Origin: the human T2T-CHM13v2.0 reference genome, Homo sapiens
DNA length: 64,000 nt
NCBI RefSeq assembly: GCF_009914755.1
Contig: NC_060940.1
Strand: one strand, 5' to 3'
Position numbers and translations under genes: made by a program. The notes under the pieces were generated by a model. The model searched no databases. It was not told the origin of the DNA and saw only the letters and a program-made list of their open reading frames with translations. Shown piece by piece: positions 1 to 14,953 of the stretch (positions are counted from its first letter, which is position 1; each line of letters begins with the position of its first letter).

Positions 1-559
1 GTGGAACTGTGAGAAAAGGGCTACCATCCTCCAGGCCCCAGAATGGTAGATCCAACAAGAGCTTGCACCATGCACCTGGAAAAGCCAAAAACATTCAACG
101 CCAGCCATGGAAGGCAGCCAGGAGTGGGGCTGTACCCTGCAAAGCCATAGGGGCAGAGCTGCCCAAGGCCATGGGAGCCCACCTCTTGCATCAATGTGAC
201 CTGGATGTGAGACATGGAGTCAAAGGAGATCATTTTGGAACTTCAAGTTTTAATGACTGCCTTATTGAATTTTGGACTTGCATGGAGCCTGTAGCCCCTT
301 TGTTTTGGCCAATTCCTCTTATTTAGAACAGGTGTATTTACCCAATGCCTGTGTGCACATTATATCTAGGAGGTGAATAACTTGTTTTTGATTTTACAGG
401 CTCATAGGTGAAAGGGACCTGCCTTGTCTCTGATGAATCTTTGGACTTGGACTTTTGGGTTAATGCTGGAATGAGTTAAGACTTTGGAGGACTGTTGAAA
501 GGGTGTGATTGTGTTTGGAAATGTGAAGATATGAGATTTGGGAGGGGCCAGGAGTGGAA
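1..559 (+). mobile_element. THE1/MST-type MaLR internal sequence (3' part), ending in the polypurine tract
   Basis: Resembles THE1-int (CCCACCTCTTGCATCA..GACCTGGATGTGAGACATGGAGTCAAAGGAGATCATTTTGGA); PPT-like TGGGAGGGGCCAGGAGTGGAA directly precedes the LTR. Confidence 0.9.
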
Positions 560-933
560 TTACATGGTTTGGGCCCCCCCCCACTAGCCCCTGCCCAAAT
601 CTCACCTTGCATTGTAATAATCCCCACTTGTCAAAGGCAGGACCAGGTGGAGATAATTGAATCATGGGGGTAGTTTTCCCAATGCTGTTCTCATGATAGG
701 GAGTTAGTTCTCATGAGGTCTGATGCTTTTATGAGTGGCTTTTCCCTTCACTCACCACTTTTCTCTTCTGCCGCAAAGTGAAGAAGGACATGTTTGCTTC
801 CCTTTATGCAAGAATTGTAAGTTTTCTGAGGCCTCCCTAGCTGTGGGGAACTGTGAATCAATTAAGCCTCTTCCCTTTATAAATTATCCAGTCTTGGGTA
901 TTTCTTTATAGCAGCATGAGAACGGACTAATAT
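560..933 (+). mobile_element. THE1 (THE1C/D-like) 3' LTR
   Basis: ATGGTTTGG..CCCAAATCTCAC..GATAATTGAATCATGGGGG..GCTGTTCTCATGATAG..TTTATAGCAGCATGAGAACGGACTAATA. Confidence 0.9.
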
Positions 934-1028
934 ATGGGTACACCAAAAGCCCAGACCTCATTGCTACACAATATATCCATGTAACAAAACTACACCTGTA
1001 TGCCCTAAACCTATTTTTAAAAATTTAA
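934..1028 (+). mobile_element. L1 (L1MA/PB-type) 3' terminal fragment
   Basis: ACCAAAAGCCCAGAC..ACACAATATATCCATGTAACAAAACTACACCTGTATGCCCTAAAC plus A-rich end; probably the host of the THE1 insertion. Confidence 0.75.
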
Positions 1029-1229
1029 ATTCATTTGTTAAAAAAGAAAAGCAATTACATGTTTTTATTTAATGTCATTTTGCACTTTAAGAAATATAAT
1101 AGTTTGCAAATTTTCCCAGACATTTTTAAACAGAAAGGCCCTTTTCCTCCAAATCATTACATAAGACTTGTGTTTTCTGGAGCATTTTTTGAGAAAGCTG
1201 CATTAAGTTATAGAATACTGAAATGCAGC

Positions 1230-1371
1230 AGTTGGAAGGAGCTTCAAAGGACCCAAACCCCTCATTTTCAAGGCAGAAAAACTGAGGCACTGAAGGTAAA
1301 GTGACTTTCCCAAGTTTACACAGCACATTAATGTCAGATGTAAAGCAAGAACAGATATCCTGACTCCTGAC
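1230..1371 (-). mobile_element. MIR
   Basis: Antisense MIR core CCCCTCATTTT..AAACTGAGGCAC..AAGTGACTTTCCCAAG. Confidence 0.75.
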
Positions 1372-1564
1372 ATATTTTTTATCCCTAGATCAGTTGAAGC
1401 CTTCCTGGATTATATCAAACTGGTTGTTTCTGACCCAACTAGAATTGGTGAATTAATATTCTACTCATTTTTGTCTTGAAAAATTCAAAACTTGTTTACG
1501 ACTTGTTTGTTGGCCATCAATTTAAAATGGTTGACAGAGACAGAAAATTCATCCAGAGGTCTAT

Positions 1565-2045
1565 AAACCCACAGATTCAGGAAGTTCATGAACAGACACA
1601 GAATGAACATTAAGAAAAGTGCACCAAGCATAGTATAAATTACTGAAAGCCAATGATTAGATAAAAAAAGGCCTCAAAAGCAGCCAGAGAAAATGAACAT
1701 GATAGGTTAAAAGCCTAGGGAAAATATATCTTAAAACACTAATCAGATGAAAGCTTCAGTGATTTTATTAATATCAGACTAAGTAGAGTTTAGAACATAC
1801 CAGGAATTTCTAATCATATATTTAGTATTATTACAGATATTATAATAGCTAATGATAAAAAAGTAAGTCACCAAGAAAATCTAACACTCCTAAATGTATA
1901 TGCCCAATAACAGAACTTCAAAATGTGTGAAGCAGGAAGTGACAGAACTAAAAAGAGAAATAGACAAATTCACAATTGTAGGTGGAGATTCCAACAATCC
2001 TCTTTTAGTAATCAATAGCATAAGTAGTGAGAACATCTGTAAAAG
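1565..2045 (+). mobile_element. Ancient L1 (L1M) ORF1/ORF2-endonuclease remnants
   Basis: ORF 1894-2094 reads MPNNRTSKCVKQEVTELKREIDKFTIVGGDSNNPL, similar to L1 endonuclease (YAPN...IIVGDFNTPL); degenerate. Confidence 0.8.
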
Positions 2046-2434
2046 TTCACCTGGATGCACAGAAATGCATGCACTCCTTTGTGAAGAAGCATAATTTGAT
2101 TCTGGGCTCTGCCACTGTAAGAGAGTGACATAAATTCTTGGGGAGCTGCTCAGTATAGGATAAGGTCAAGTGGAATGGACATTACATGTATCTTGGATTG
2201 TGATGAAAAGTAAAGGATTTATGTCACTAAATACCTGCTCTTCATTTCTGCCCAAAGCATTTGAGAAGCCAAGAGGAATTTTACAGGGAACTTGCCACTG
2301 AAGGACTGAAATAGGTGTGGCCCCCTTCTTAAGGACAACCACCCCATCGGGACTCATAGGGTAAAAATTTCATATTCCCCATTCCTGTGTCCTTTTCTCT
2401 GTGGAATGCTAAACTGTGTGCTAGGTAATCCCTG

Positions 2435-2878
2435 GTGTGGAAGATGCATACAATATGGCCCCCATGAATCCTGCCTCCCTGTATCTATTTCTGTGTATAG
2501 TTCCCTCCCACAATGACTGGCATCTTAGTCATGTGACTTCCTCTAGCCAATGAGACTTCAGCAAACATGCCACAGGGAAAAGTTTGAATGGCACATGCAA
2601 ATTGGGGCTTACTCTCTCTCCTTTGCTGTTTTTGGACTCCAGCCACCATGTAAAAAAGCCCAGGCTAGCATTTTGGAGACAAGTCACCCAGGTGACAGCC
2701 AACACCAACCATCAGACATGTGAGTTAGGCCATCTTACTCATCCAGCTCCAATGGAGCAACCAAAAGTGACTCCAGATGGGGCCAGAAGAAGCCTAGCCC
2801 AAATTGCTGAACTGTCCAGAATAAAATGGTTCTTCCGAGTTTTGGGGTGATTTACTAGGCAGCAAGGTATAACTTGTA
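2435..2878 (+). mobile_element. MLT1 (G/H/I-like) LTR
   Basis: GTCATGTGACTTCCTCTAGCCAATG, GCCACCATGTAAAAAAGCCCAGGCTAG and MLT1-like end TTTTGGGGTGATTTACTAGGCAGCAA. Confidence 0.7.
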
Positions 2879-3657
2879 ATGTCCCAAGTAGTCAGCCAGC
2901 TCTGCACCAACAAAGGCCAGAGCAGCAATCACCCCTCTAATTACTCAAAGAAGAGACAGAAAGTGTCTTATTAAATATTGCCTAGAAATTCAGAGTGAAT
3001 CTCTTCTGACTAGCCCCTCTCTCAGCGCAGCAAATCAATGTTAACAAAACACATGTGCTGGAATTCCCCTGATGCCCTTCTAGGCAGAAGTTTTTGGTTA
3101 GGAAAAGAAAAAGAAACTTAATTTGAAGTTTTAATAACCTCCCAATTAGGTTGTTTCTGTTAGCATTAATATTTAATCATGACACTACTGTGACTATTTT
3201 GGAATTGAACTGAAATTAAGTAAAAATGTTTGATCATAAATAATTTCATTATTAAAGATAATCTTTGTTATATATGTTCCCATGCCTATCTTTTATTAAA
3301 TTTACTTTTCATGTTGACATTTTTAAGGGGATAGTTGTATGTTTTTGTTCCTAGTAATATTGTTACCATATATTAATTATGGCATCATGCCGGGAACACT
3401 GGTACTGAAATTCTTTAGTTTTTCTACTTTAAGAGCCAGCAATAGGCTCTCTCCTTCACAACTAACAAATATATGATCAACTTGGAGCTCTAAATTTATC
3501 CCCTGAATTATTTTCTCTCTTTCCTAATTTGTTCATAACTACCACTGATCTTGATTCACCGAAAAACCAGGGTACAAGAGTGAAAGGGGTTTTGGTTATC
3601 TTTGCCCTTTTTTCAGGAGTATCTTGGAGGCCACACACATCCCCAAAAACAGAAGGA

Positions 3658-4158
3658 TGTGTAGGCAGAATAATGGTCCCCCAGAGATATCCACATCCTA
3701 ATCCTGAGAACCTACAAATATGTTCCCTTACAAGACAAAAGGGACTTTGCAGATGTGATTAAGGACCTAGATATGGAGAAATTATTCTGGATTATTTGGG
3801 TGGGTCCAGTGTAATCATAGGGGTCCTTAAAAGTGGAAGAAGAAGGCAAGAGGAGAGTCAGAGAAGATATGATACCAAAGCAGGGCTGGACTGACACTAC
3901 GTGAGAAGGACTCAATCCACTGTTGCTGATTTTGAAGACAGAGGAAGGGGCCATGCATCAAGAAATAGAAAAGGCAAACGAAATAGATTCTCCCTAGAAG
4001 CTCCAGAAAGGAATGCATCTTTTGCTGACAACTTCATTTTAGCCCAGTGAGACCAGGGCCAGACATCTGTCCTACAGAGCTGTAAGATAACAGATTGTAT
4101 TGTTTTAATGCACTATATTTGTGGAAATTTGTTACAACAGCTATAGGAAACTGATACA
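3658..4158 (+). mobile_element. MLT1D-like solo LTR
   Basis: GTAGGCAGAATAATGGTCCCC..GGGACTTTGCAGATGTGATTAAGG..CCTAGAAGCTCCAGAAAGGAA..TTGTTACAACAGCTATAGGAAACTGATACA. Confidence 0.9.
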
Positions 4159-4184
4159 AGTGGCATTCCCTGGGGTACCTTGGT

Positions 4185-4387
4185 ATGAATCCTGGAAATC
4201 CCACTTACAGGCTATGTAGCAGAGGACAAGCTGTTTAACCTCTCTAAGCTTCAATTTTCTCATCTGTAACATGAGGATAATAGTGGTTATCTCACAAGAT
4301 TATTGGGATAATTAAATGAGAAAATTTGCATAAAGCTCTTAGCCCAGTGCCTAGCACATTTTAAGCCTTTGTTAAAGGTCAGTTATT
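4185..4387 (+). mobile_element. MIR
   Basis: TTTAACCTCTCTAAGCTTCAATTTTCTCATCTGTAACATGAGGATAATAG..CAGTGCCTAGCACAT. Confidence 0.85.
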
Positions 4388-4406
4388 GCTGCCACCATTA
4401 AACCCT

Positions 4407-4829
4407 GTTGTGGCAGACTGGGGAATTGTTCACATTTGCCTGTGTCCTTCCCTGTTACAAGACCCTCACTGGCTGCCCTTTGGCAACTGACTTCTAGAGT
4501 CTTGCTGGAGGTGGTGGGCACTTCTTGTCCCATTGTCAGGCTTGGCCATGGAACTGCTTTGCAATGAACTGTGAGCAGACATGAGCCAGGCCACATCCAA
4601 GGAGAAGTTCTGAAGCAAGTACACACTTTGGCCCTGCCTCTTGTTCTTTTCTCTTTATGATAAGAAAGGTATTTCCTAAATTATTAGGTTCCACCTGAGT
4701 CCTAGCTAAGAAGACACATGGCACAGAGCTGCTATACAGAGCATGTAAAGTGAGATATAAATGTTTGCTGTTGTAAGTCATTGAGATGTGGAGGTTATTT
4801 GTTTTCATGGTAAAGTTAACAAACATACC
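4407..4829 (+). mobile_element. MLT1 (I/J-like) LTR, degenerate
   Basis: GGCTTGGCCATGGAACTGCTTTGCAATG and 3' end ATAAATGTTTGCTGTTGTAAGTCATTGAGAT..TTATTTGTT. Confidence 0.6.
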
Positions 4830-5686
4830 ATTTATGGATACTGTTTAGAGAGTTACCAACTCACACCACATACACACCCTGCTATCTACAAAAACTATAC
4901 TTTGATCATAGCTATCCTAACATTCATATTGGTATTCCGTGACCTCTGGGTCCCTGACCATGGTTAATTCAACCATACAAGAACCCTTGGTCCTACTTGG
5001 GCCACATAGATCCCCTTTCCCAAAAAGTTGGACCTGTGACCAAGAGGCAGCTAGAGACAAGCTCTGCCTATGCCTAGAACTAAAGAATTTGTGGAGAATA
5101 GGAAATATTAGGAATTATGGCCTGATCATGTTGGAGTCTGCAGCTGGAGAAGCAGAGAAAGAAGAATAGAGATGTGAGAACAGGAGGAGAGGCTGCCTGA
5201 GACCACAGTGGTTTTCCAATTCCTGGACTTGGTCTACCCTGAGGCCCTTGAGATATGCTCCATGAGATATGCTACTCTCCTTTCAGTAGATCCTTCTTAC
5301 TACTAAAGTAAGCTCAAACAGGTTTCTGTAACCTTAAACTGAAAGCATCTTGGCCAAGATGAGGTTGTTGGTAGGAATACTGCTACCAGGAGTCTAAAGT
5401 AAAAATTTCCATTGATGACAATCCCCAAAGCCACGAGCAATCAGTCTGCACATTACAGAGGGCCCAACCTTCCCTTTTCCCTGTCTGCCTGAGCCCCCAC
5501 CAGATTCCCCATTGGTACAGAGGATATAACTCTCCACTTGCCACCAACTGAGCTCTTCTAGGTGGATGAGTCAGAACACTAGAAGAAGATGGTTTCAGCA
5601 CAGTTTGTTCACCATCAAACATATGTGTTAGAGTCCTGCTCTGTTCTGGACACCATGTTAGCAGAAGGAATACAAAGAAGAGAGGT

Positions 5687-5980
<294 letters not shown>

Positions 5981-6054
5981 GGTGACTCACCCTGCAATTC
6001 ATATAGCTTAGTAGGGGATAAAAGCCTGAAAAAGAAGTTCAAAAGGAAGGTTGG

Positions 6055-6185
6055 GGGTAAGAATCTTAGCCCCATCTCTGCCACTAACTGTGAAACTTCA
6101 GTAAGCCATTCACCATCTCTGGCCTCCAGCCTTCCCATTTACAAAATAAGGGCCTAGGTTAAATGATCTTTACAGTGTTTTCCAT
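6055..6185 (+). mobile_element. MIR
   Basis: TCTGCCACTAACTGTGAAACTTCAGTAAGCCATTCACCATCTCTGGCCTC..CATTTACAAAATAAGG. Confidence 0.65.
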
Positions 6186-6259
6186 GATGCCTGGCCCACT
6201 GGCACTACAGGTAAGACCCAGTAAACAAAAATGAGCCGCTGGATACAGTTTAAGCCTGG

Positions 6260-6401
6260 CTTCATTAGAATCATGTGGGGAGCAATCTAAAAAAATAAAT
6301 GTAGAGTTTTGGAGCCTTAAGCCTCCGAGTTCTGATTCAGTAGCGCTGAGCAGCACCCTGGTTTGTGCTGATTCTGACGCATGCCAAATTTGGGAACCAC
6401 T
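6260..6401. mobile_element. MER5-type hAT MITE remnant
   Basis: CATTAGAATCA..TTCTGATTCAGTAG..TGATTCTGA..TTTGGGAACCACT. Confidence 0.6.
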
Positions 6402-6504
6402 ATTCTTCACTATTATGAATTACCAGATGGAAATGTCTTGGCCATCCCTTAAGCATATAAGCAATCGACAACATGATAAGCTGATAAACTGCAAATTCAT
6501 TGTT

Positions 6505-6626
6505 AATACTTACATAACAGTGTTGGCATGGCATTGCTATGTGCCCAGCACTGTACTGAGCACTTTACATGTATTCATTAATTTAAGCTTCATAACACCC
6601 TAGGAGTTGGGTACTTTACTATCCCC
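6505..6626 (-). mobile_element. MIR
   Basis: CTATGTGCCCAGCACTGTACTGAGCACTTTACATG..CATAACACCCTAGGAGTTGGGTACT. Confidence 0.7.
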
Positions 6627-7139
6627 AGAATGATTTTAATCCTTTTATTCATCTCTTTCTTCCTTGATCCAACAATGAACTTTGATCAGGTCTTCCCTAT
6701 AGGAAAGCATAATAATTGGAATAAATAATTAAAATTAAGTAAAACGTAAAAGAAGAAGAAAGCCTAATTTGGAAGCTGGCTGCCTTATGTTCCTGCCTCA
6801 TACCCACACTTCCTTTGGGACTTTGTGTCTGTATCTCCCACGTCTCTGCTTAAGGGTGAGAAAAGTGGCCAAGACATGGGCTGCACTTTCCAGGGGTGGG
6901 AGGATCTAATGCAAGGGAGATTCTAGTCATGAGTTTATTCTGCCACTGATTCAGTTGTCAGAGAGACTTGCATATTAGATGAGGTAGAAGAAATAACCCA
7001 ATGGGATAATCTTGAAATTTCACCATCGGCTTTGATATCAGATATTTACACCTTGGATAATTAATAATCTGTGAGCATGGTAACATAAGACTCTGAGGAT
7101 TTTATTGGTTCTGGGGAGAGTTCTGCCTCAAGGAGGAAG

Positions 7140-7500
7140 AGTAACAAATAACAGTAGTTTAAATAACAAAGCATTCAATTATCTCACAGATTTAAGTTTG
7201 GAGCTAAGTATTCCTGAGTTGATTCACCACTACCTCAGGGAATCCACATTCTTTTCATTTTTTCCATTCTTTTATTCCACTATCCTCCATGTGTAGATTT
7301 TCAACCTTCAGCTTATTACCTCATGATCACAAGATGGCTGCTATAACCCCAGGTGTTACAACCTAACATTACAACCTCCGAGGCAAGAATAGAACAGGCC
7401 CTTTCTTTCTGCGTCTCTCTCTATAACCAGGGCAGGAAAATCCCTCCAGACACATCATTCCCCTTATGCCTCATTGGTCAGAACGGTGTCACATGAATAC
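7140..7500 (-). mobile_element. Old MLT1 (K/L-like) LTR, interrupted by MLT1B
   Basis: AATAACAGTAGTTTAAATAA..CACAAGATGGCTGCT..CTCATTGGTCAGAAC..GTCACATG; appears to resume after 8229. Confidence 0.6.
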
Positions 7501-8229
<729 letters not shown>

Positions 8230-9929
8230 GTCACCCCTACCTAACGTCAAAACATGCCATGAAAGTGAATATATAGTCAGCCTCTATTGTGGGAGGTAAA
8301 TCTTTAAGCAGAACTACGAGAAAGAGAATGTCTACTGACTGGTTAACCAATGGTGACAGCTCCATCTTTGTTTACAAATCACAAAAATAGAATCTGGCTC
8401 AGTCAGAAAAGGAATATATTAGAATAATACAAGGAAGGGTTAGGAATCAATGGGAAGACTAGACAACCAAGCTTAGAAAAATGCAGAAAGCCAGGCAGGA
8501 CTAGGGGTGTGAGTAGCAGGGATGACATAATCCTCTTATCATGACTCCACCACGGTGATGTATGAGCTCCTAATACATTTTTTGCCCTTAAAATGCTTAG
8601 GATTTCAAGCCCCAGGAGAGAAGGGACCCACCTTTTGACCACAGGAGAAGAGCGAATAATGACATGATTTAAATCCAACGAAGACTGCACCAAACTGGAG
8701 ACAGACAATTCTCCAAAAGGAAATTAAGAAATTATTTCTTAAAGGATTCAGAATAAAAGCTGGGAGGCCAAAGAAATTACATGTCCACTTTACGTGTGGA
8801 AGACAGGCAACGGGTGCAGAAATTAGAGACAAGCAGGGTTTCCTTACAAGTACTGTAGGTTGTCCCACCTCCTAGGGATGAGTCCTCAGAGCCAAGCTCC
8901 AAGTCATGGTTAAACTACCCACACTTTTTACTCCAAAACTCCCAATCCCTGAGCATGATAATTAATTAACCAGTACCCTTCAGGGATTATTTTCTGATCT
9001 CTTCTAGTTCCTCCCTCTCCACTTCAGATCTTAAGCCCTCAAAGGATTAAATTAAAAAGCAAACACAAAAGCAATGGTTTAAATTCATCAGAATCACCCA
9101 ATTTCTCCAGACTCAGTACCTTTTTCCATGCAAATGACAAAGAAAAAAATCACTTGTCTGTGTCAACGAGGTACCAAAACATTTAGTCAATTAGATCCAG
9201 TTGGGAAACAGCCTGTCACCCTGGTCGAGGGAGGAGAGAATCTGCCAAATTCGTTGTTTGACTGAATTGAAGGGCTGTCTTGTTCAAAATAAGTCTTTTT
9301 TATTAAATGTTGACAGATCATAGTACATCAAAAAGAAAATCTACAAAAGCCACTTTTCATCTATGTAAACAGTAAAATCAAGGTGGCATATTGGAAATCT
9401 CTAAATAACACTTTGCCTACATAAAAGGGTGTAATTCTTTAGGTCAGAATAAATTAGGAAAGAAAACCTCCTTTTCAAGTAGAAAAGGATTGAGAGTCTA
9501 AATTATCCCAGACGGTGTGTCACCAATATCAGTATGATTTCTCACCACCTCCACCATTTCACACTCCTTACATAGTGACAGCCCCATGTACTGAGTGAGC
9601 ACCATACTAAGTGTTCTCCATTTAATGTTTTATTCAATCTGATCAACAACTCCATAGGGTAAAGACTGCTATTCCCATTGTAAAAGAGGAAACTGTGGCT
9701 TATGTGGTCTACACAGACCTGAACATATACCTGACTTCAAAACCCTGGGTTTTAACCCCTTGCTGGCGGTTCCCTTCTAAGAGTACTTAACTCTTCATTC
9801 CTGCCACATTATTGGCATCTTTCTCCTTGGGCTGACTCAAAAACCCTAGACCATTCTCTAATTGTTTGGGCTCAAAGAGTACCCCTTTTCATCAGCCTAA
9901 CAGCCCCTGCCTCAAAATTCCTTGACCCA

Positions 9930-10616
<687 letters not shown>

Positions 10617-11435
10617 AAAATTCCTTGACCCAGTATAGCATTGCTTTTCTTTTTTAGGCTCAAGCCCGCAGAGTCCAATAAGGTCTGCCCGCCCCTTTCT
10701 AACATTCTAATTGCCACATGCAATGTGGGTTCCAGCTTCTGCTGCACAGTCTGAGTGCTTATAAAGGAGAACTTTCACATAATAGTGTCTGACCCAGGGT
10801 GTCCAATACTGCCTTGTTTTATTTAGCTCAGGCATTGGGGGCTCTTTCTATGGGCAAGATGGTAAGATTTTCATTGAATTGTCATTGACTTTTGTCTTAT
10901 ATTTATGACCATGTCTTCAACTTCTCCTTTAATTTAGAAAACAAGACCTGTGAAATACACCACAGCCAGCTCCTCAATGGACTATCTCCTGCCACTTCTT
11001 ATGATTTCTTGCCTTTTAGTCATCACAACCTCAATTTCTTCTTTGTGCAGTGTGTCCAAACCCCAAAGGTGATCACAGAACATGAAGCAATGGTTTCTAA
11101 TTAACCCTTTTCTTTAGGCATAAGGGCTCAGGGTATACATAGAACTCTTTATGGCATGTGGACTTTTTATTGTTTGCCTTAGGATTATAACAGAAATTAA
11201 TAAAAAAAATAAACTTCCCACAATCAATTCTAGTAAGACATAAAATTATTTTGAACAACTGCTTCAATGCATGAATCTGTTTTGTTTTGTTTTGTTTTTT
11301 AATTCTAGACCCCTATTTTTCAACACTTACCTCTTGGACAAGTGTTATGTTGATCCAAGTGCTAAACTCTTGGATCAGACTCAGAAGGAAAAGGAGTCAT
11401 GGGATAAATGAGGTTTGGAGAAGTGGAGTTCTCCT

Positions 11436-11804
11436 GAAAAAGAAAGAGAGAAAGAAGGAGAAGGAGAAGAAGAGGAACAGGAAGGGGAAGAAAAGAAGAA
11501 GAAGAAGACGAAGAGGAAGAAGGAGGAGGAGGAGGAAGAAGAAAGGGGAAGGGGAGGGGGAGGGGGAGGAAGAGGAAGGAGGAAGGAGTAGGAGGAAGAG
11601 AAGGAAGGAAAGACGAGAGAGTGAGAAAGAAAGAAGGAAGGGAGGAAGGAAGGAGAAAGAAAGAAAAGAAAGAAAGAAAGAAAGAGAAAGAAAGAAAGAA
11701 AGAGAAAGAAAGAAAGAGAAGAAAGAAAGAGAAAGAAAGAAAGAAAGAGAAGAAAGAAAGAGAAAGAAAGGAAGAAAGAAAGAAAGAAAGAAAGAAAGAG
11801 GAGA
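11436..11804 (+). repeat. Compound polypurine tract (GAA, GGA, GGGGA, GGAA, GAAA blocks)
   Basis: 369 nt with only 5 pyrimidines by my count. Confidence 0.97.
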
Positions 11805-12289
11805 CCTTTGCAAGAGAGGCCAACCTTCTTTTCTTCTTTTCTTTAATCCTACCCATCTCCACTCTTAAAACTTAAAATAATATTTCGTATTTTCTGAAAT
11901 ACTTTTTTTCTCTGAATTTATATTAACATTCCAAGACAAGGAACAAATAGAGGTATAAAACATGCTCACCGAATCATCTGTCCCGAATGCATCCCCAGGG
12001 CGCTCCCCACAGCATTGCTGTTAGGTTTGTGTCATGTTAGCAAAGGTTGAGAGTTTAGTCTCTAGAAAGAGATACATTAATAGCCCACAATTTCTTGAAT
12101 CTAACCAATATTTCTTCCACTTTTCTCCCTACCCCAAGATTTTATTAAATAGATGATTCACTTTATGATCCTTGGAAATTTAAAGAAACAATCAATCCTC
12201 TTGACTCCCAATTTGGGGGAATTTTATTAATCTATTATGCAATATTTAATTTATATTGCATGTATTATATTGTATGCAAACAATGAGGC

Positions 12290-13265
12290 ATACAACAAAA
12301 TGAAAACCTGTGAGCCCAATACCCAATATTTTCCACTATTGTAACTACCTGAGAGATTCTTCCCTATCCCAGTTCCCTGCCACCTCTAATGGCAAGATTT
12401 TTCATTGTTTTTTTTTTTTTTTTCAGTTTTTACATGTGTGTCTTCCTAAACATATTGCTTAATTTTGCTTGTCTTTGAACTTTCTAAAAATGGCATCATA
12501 CCATATGATGTCTCAAATGACCTGCTCTTGTCATTCAATCTTATGTTTAATCATGGAATACTGTGCAGCCATAAAAGAACAAAATCATGTCCTCTGCAAC
12601 AACATGGATGCAGCTGGAAGTCCTAATTCTATGCAAATGAATACTGGAACAGAAAACCAAATACCATATGTTCTCACTTATGAGTGGGAGCTAACCATTG
12701 GGTACACATGGACATAAAGATGGAAACAATAGACACCAGGGACTACTAGACGGGGAGACAATGAGGGAGGAAAGGGCTGGAAAACTACCTAGTGTGTGCT
12801 ATGCTCAGTACTTGGGTGATGGGACCATTCATACCCCAAACTTCAGTGTGACACAATATACACATGTAACAAACCTGCACATGAAACTCCCTAAATCAAA
12901 ACAAAAGTTGAAATTAGAAGAAGCAAAACCAAAATAGAATTTCGAGGAACAATCTTATGTTTCTAAGATTCACTCATGGTTGGTCTATGCAAATGTGATT
13001 CATTTATTTTACTTGCTGCATAATATTCCATTGTGTGACTACACCCCAATTCATTTAACTATTCTTGTATGATGGATATCTGGATTGTTTGCAGTTTTAG
13101 TTGCTCTAAATATTCTTTTATGTCTCCCAGTGAATACATCTAACAATATCTCTAAGGCACATACCAAGGAGTGGAATACTAAATAGTAGAATATGCAAAT
13201 GTGCAATTCTACAAGATAGTGCCAAATTGTTTTCCAAAGTAGTTACAACAATTTACATCCCCATC
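12290..13265 (-). mobile_element. Old L1M (ME-like) 3' region, interrupted by a younger L1
   Basis: TTTGAACTTTCTAAAAATGGCATCATAC, ATAATATTCCATTGTGTG, TGCCAAATTGTTTTCCAAAGTAGTTACAACAATTTACATCCCCA. Confidence 0.75.
12549..12949 (+). mobile_element. L1PA15/16-like 3' end, 5'-truncated
   Basis: ATGGAATACTGTGCAGCCATAAAA..GGGTACACATGGACATAAAGATGG..CATGTAACAAACCTGCACATG; perfect TSD CAATCTTATGTTT at 12536-12548 and 12950-12962. Confidence 0.92.
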
Positions 13266-13599
13266 ATCCTCTGTGGCAACCTTTGTTTCAATCTTGTAAA
13301 AATTGAGAACAGCACTAAAAGAATAAAACAGAGGATGAACGTGGTTTGATGTAAGTCAGGAAAGAGTGCAAAGGAAGATTGCACATAGAGGTGCTGCCTA
13401 CACCAGGAAAGCTAGGCTAGAATCCTTTTCCCACCTGGGTCTTTAATCACCACTGACCTGGCACAGCCCATAGCCACAGGCAACTGATAAAAAATCCACC
13501 ATGGCTGCCTGGTCCTCAGGGTTCCTCCTACCCTCGGCTTTTTACCTGCTCCCTTGGCAGAGTCTCACAGTATCTGTCGTTGGCTTTGTCCCTACATAC

Positions 13600-13985
13600 A
13601 GTCAGTCAACAAGCACTTCTTGAGCGCCTGTCATATACCAGATACTGAAGGTATAGCAGAGATATGACAGGCAAGGCACTTACCCTTACATTCCATTAGA
13701 TGGAAACACGTAAGAGACAAGTAAACAAAAAGGTGAGTCCAGATTGAGCCTGTTGTTATGTACTTGATTTATTTCCTGATAACAGGTGAAGAGTTTGGGA
13801 AAAGCATTCCAGCCAGAGAGCAAGCACAAAAGCCCTCAAGCTGGATGGGACTGGTATGCCCAAGAGTCAAAAAGGAAGCCATGGGTCAAAGTGTTCTGGA
13901 AAAGGAGAGTGGCAAAAAAGGAAACTGGAAAAGCAGACAAAGGCCAGATGGTGCAGGGGGCTTTGTAGGCCAGGATGGTGACTAA
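13600..13985 (-). mobile_element. L2 fragment
   Basis: TCAACAAGCACTTCTTGAGCGCCTG..GGGAAAAGCATTCCAG..GCACAAAAGCCCT..GGGCTTTGTAGGCCAGG. Confidence 0.6.
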
Positions 13986-14146
13986 GTAGCATGGGGTTGT
14001 CTGGGGAGAGGCAGAGAGATCCAAGTTCGATCCATCCACAGGACACAGAAGAAGAACTTGGCCGGGAGGGACAGGTAAAAGGGAGAAATGGAGAGGAGCA
14101 TCTTCAACTGAAATACTCTTTTCCTGCTTAACACCTTTAAAAAATA

Positions 14147-14953
<807 letters not shown>

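Noticed and set aside
9-326. 105-aa ORF at the window start
   Set aside because: THE1-int remnant; no sign of an intact domesticated gene.
11287-11875. Long ORFs (193, 166, 138 aa) rich in K/E/R or F/S/L
   Set aside because: Artefacts of the stop-free GA-rich simple repeat.
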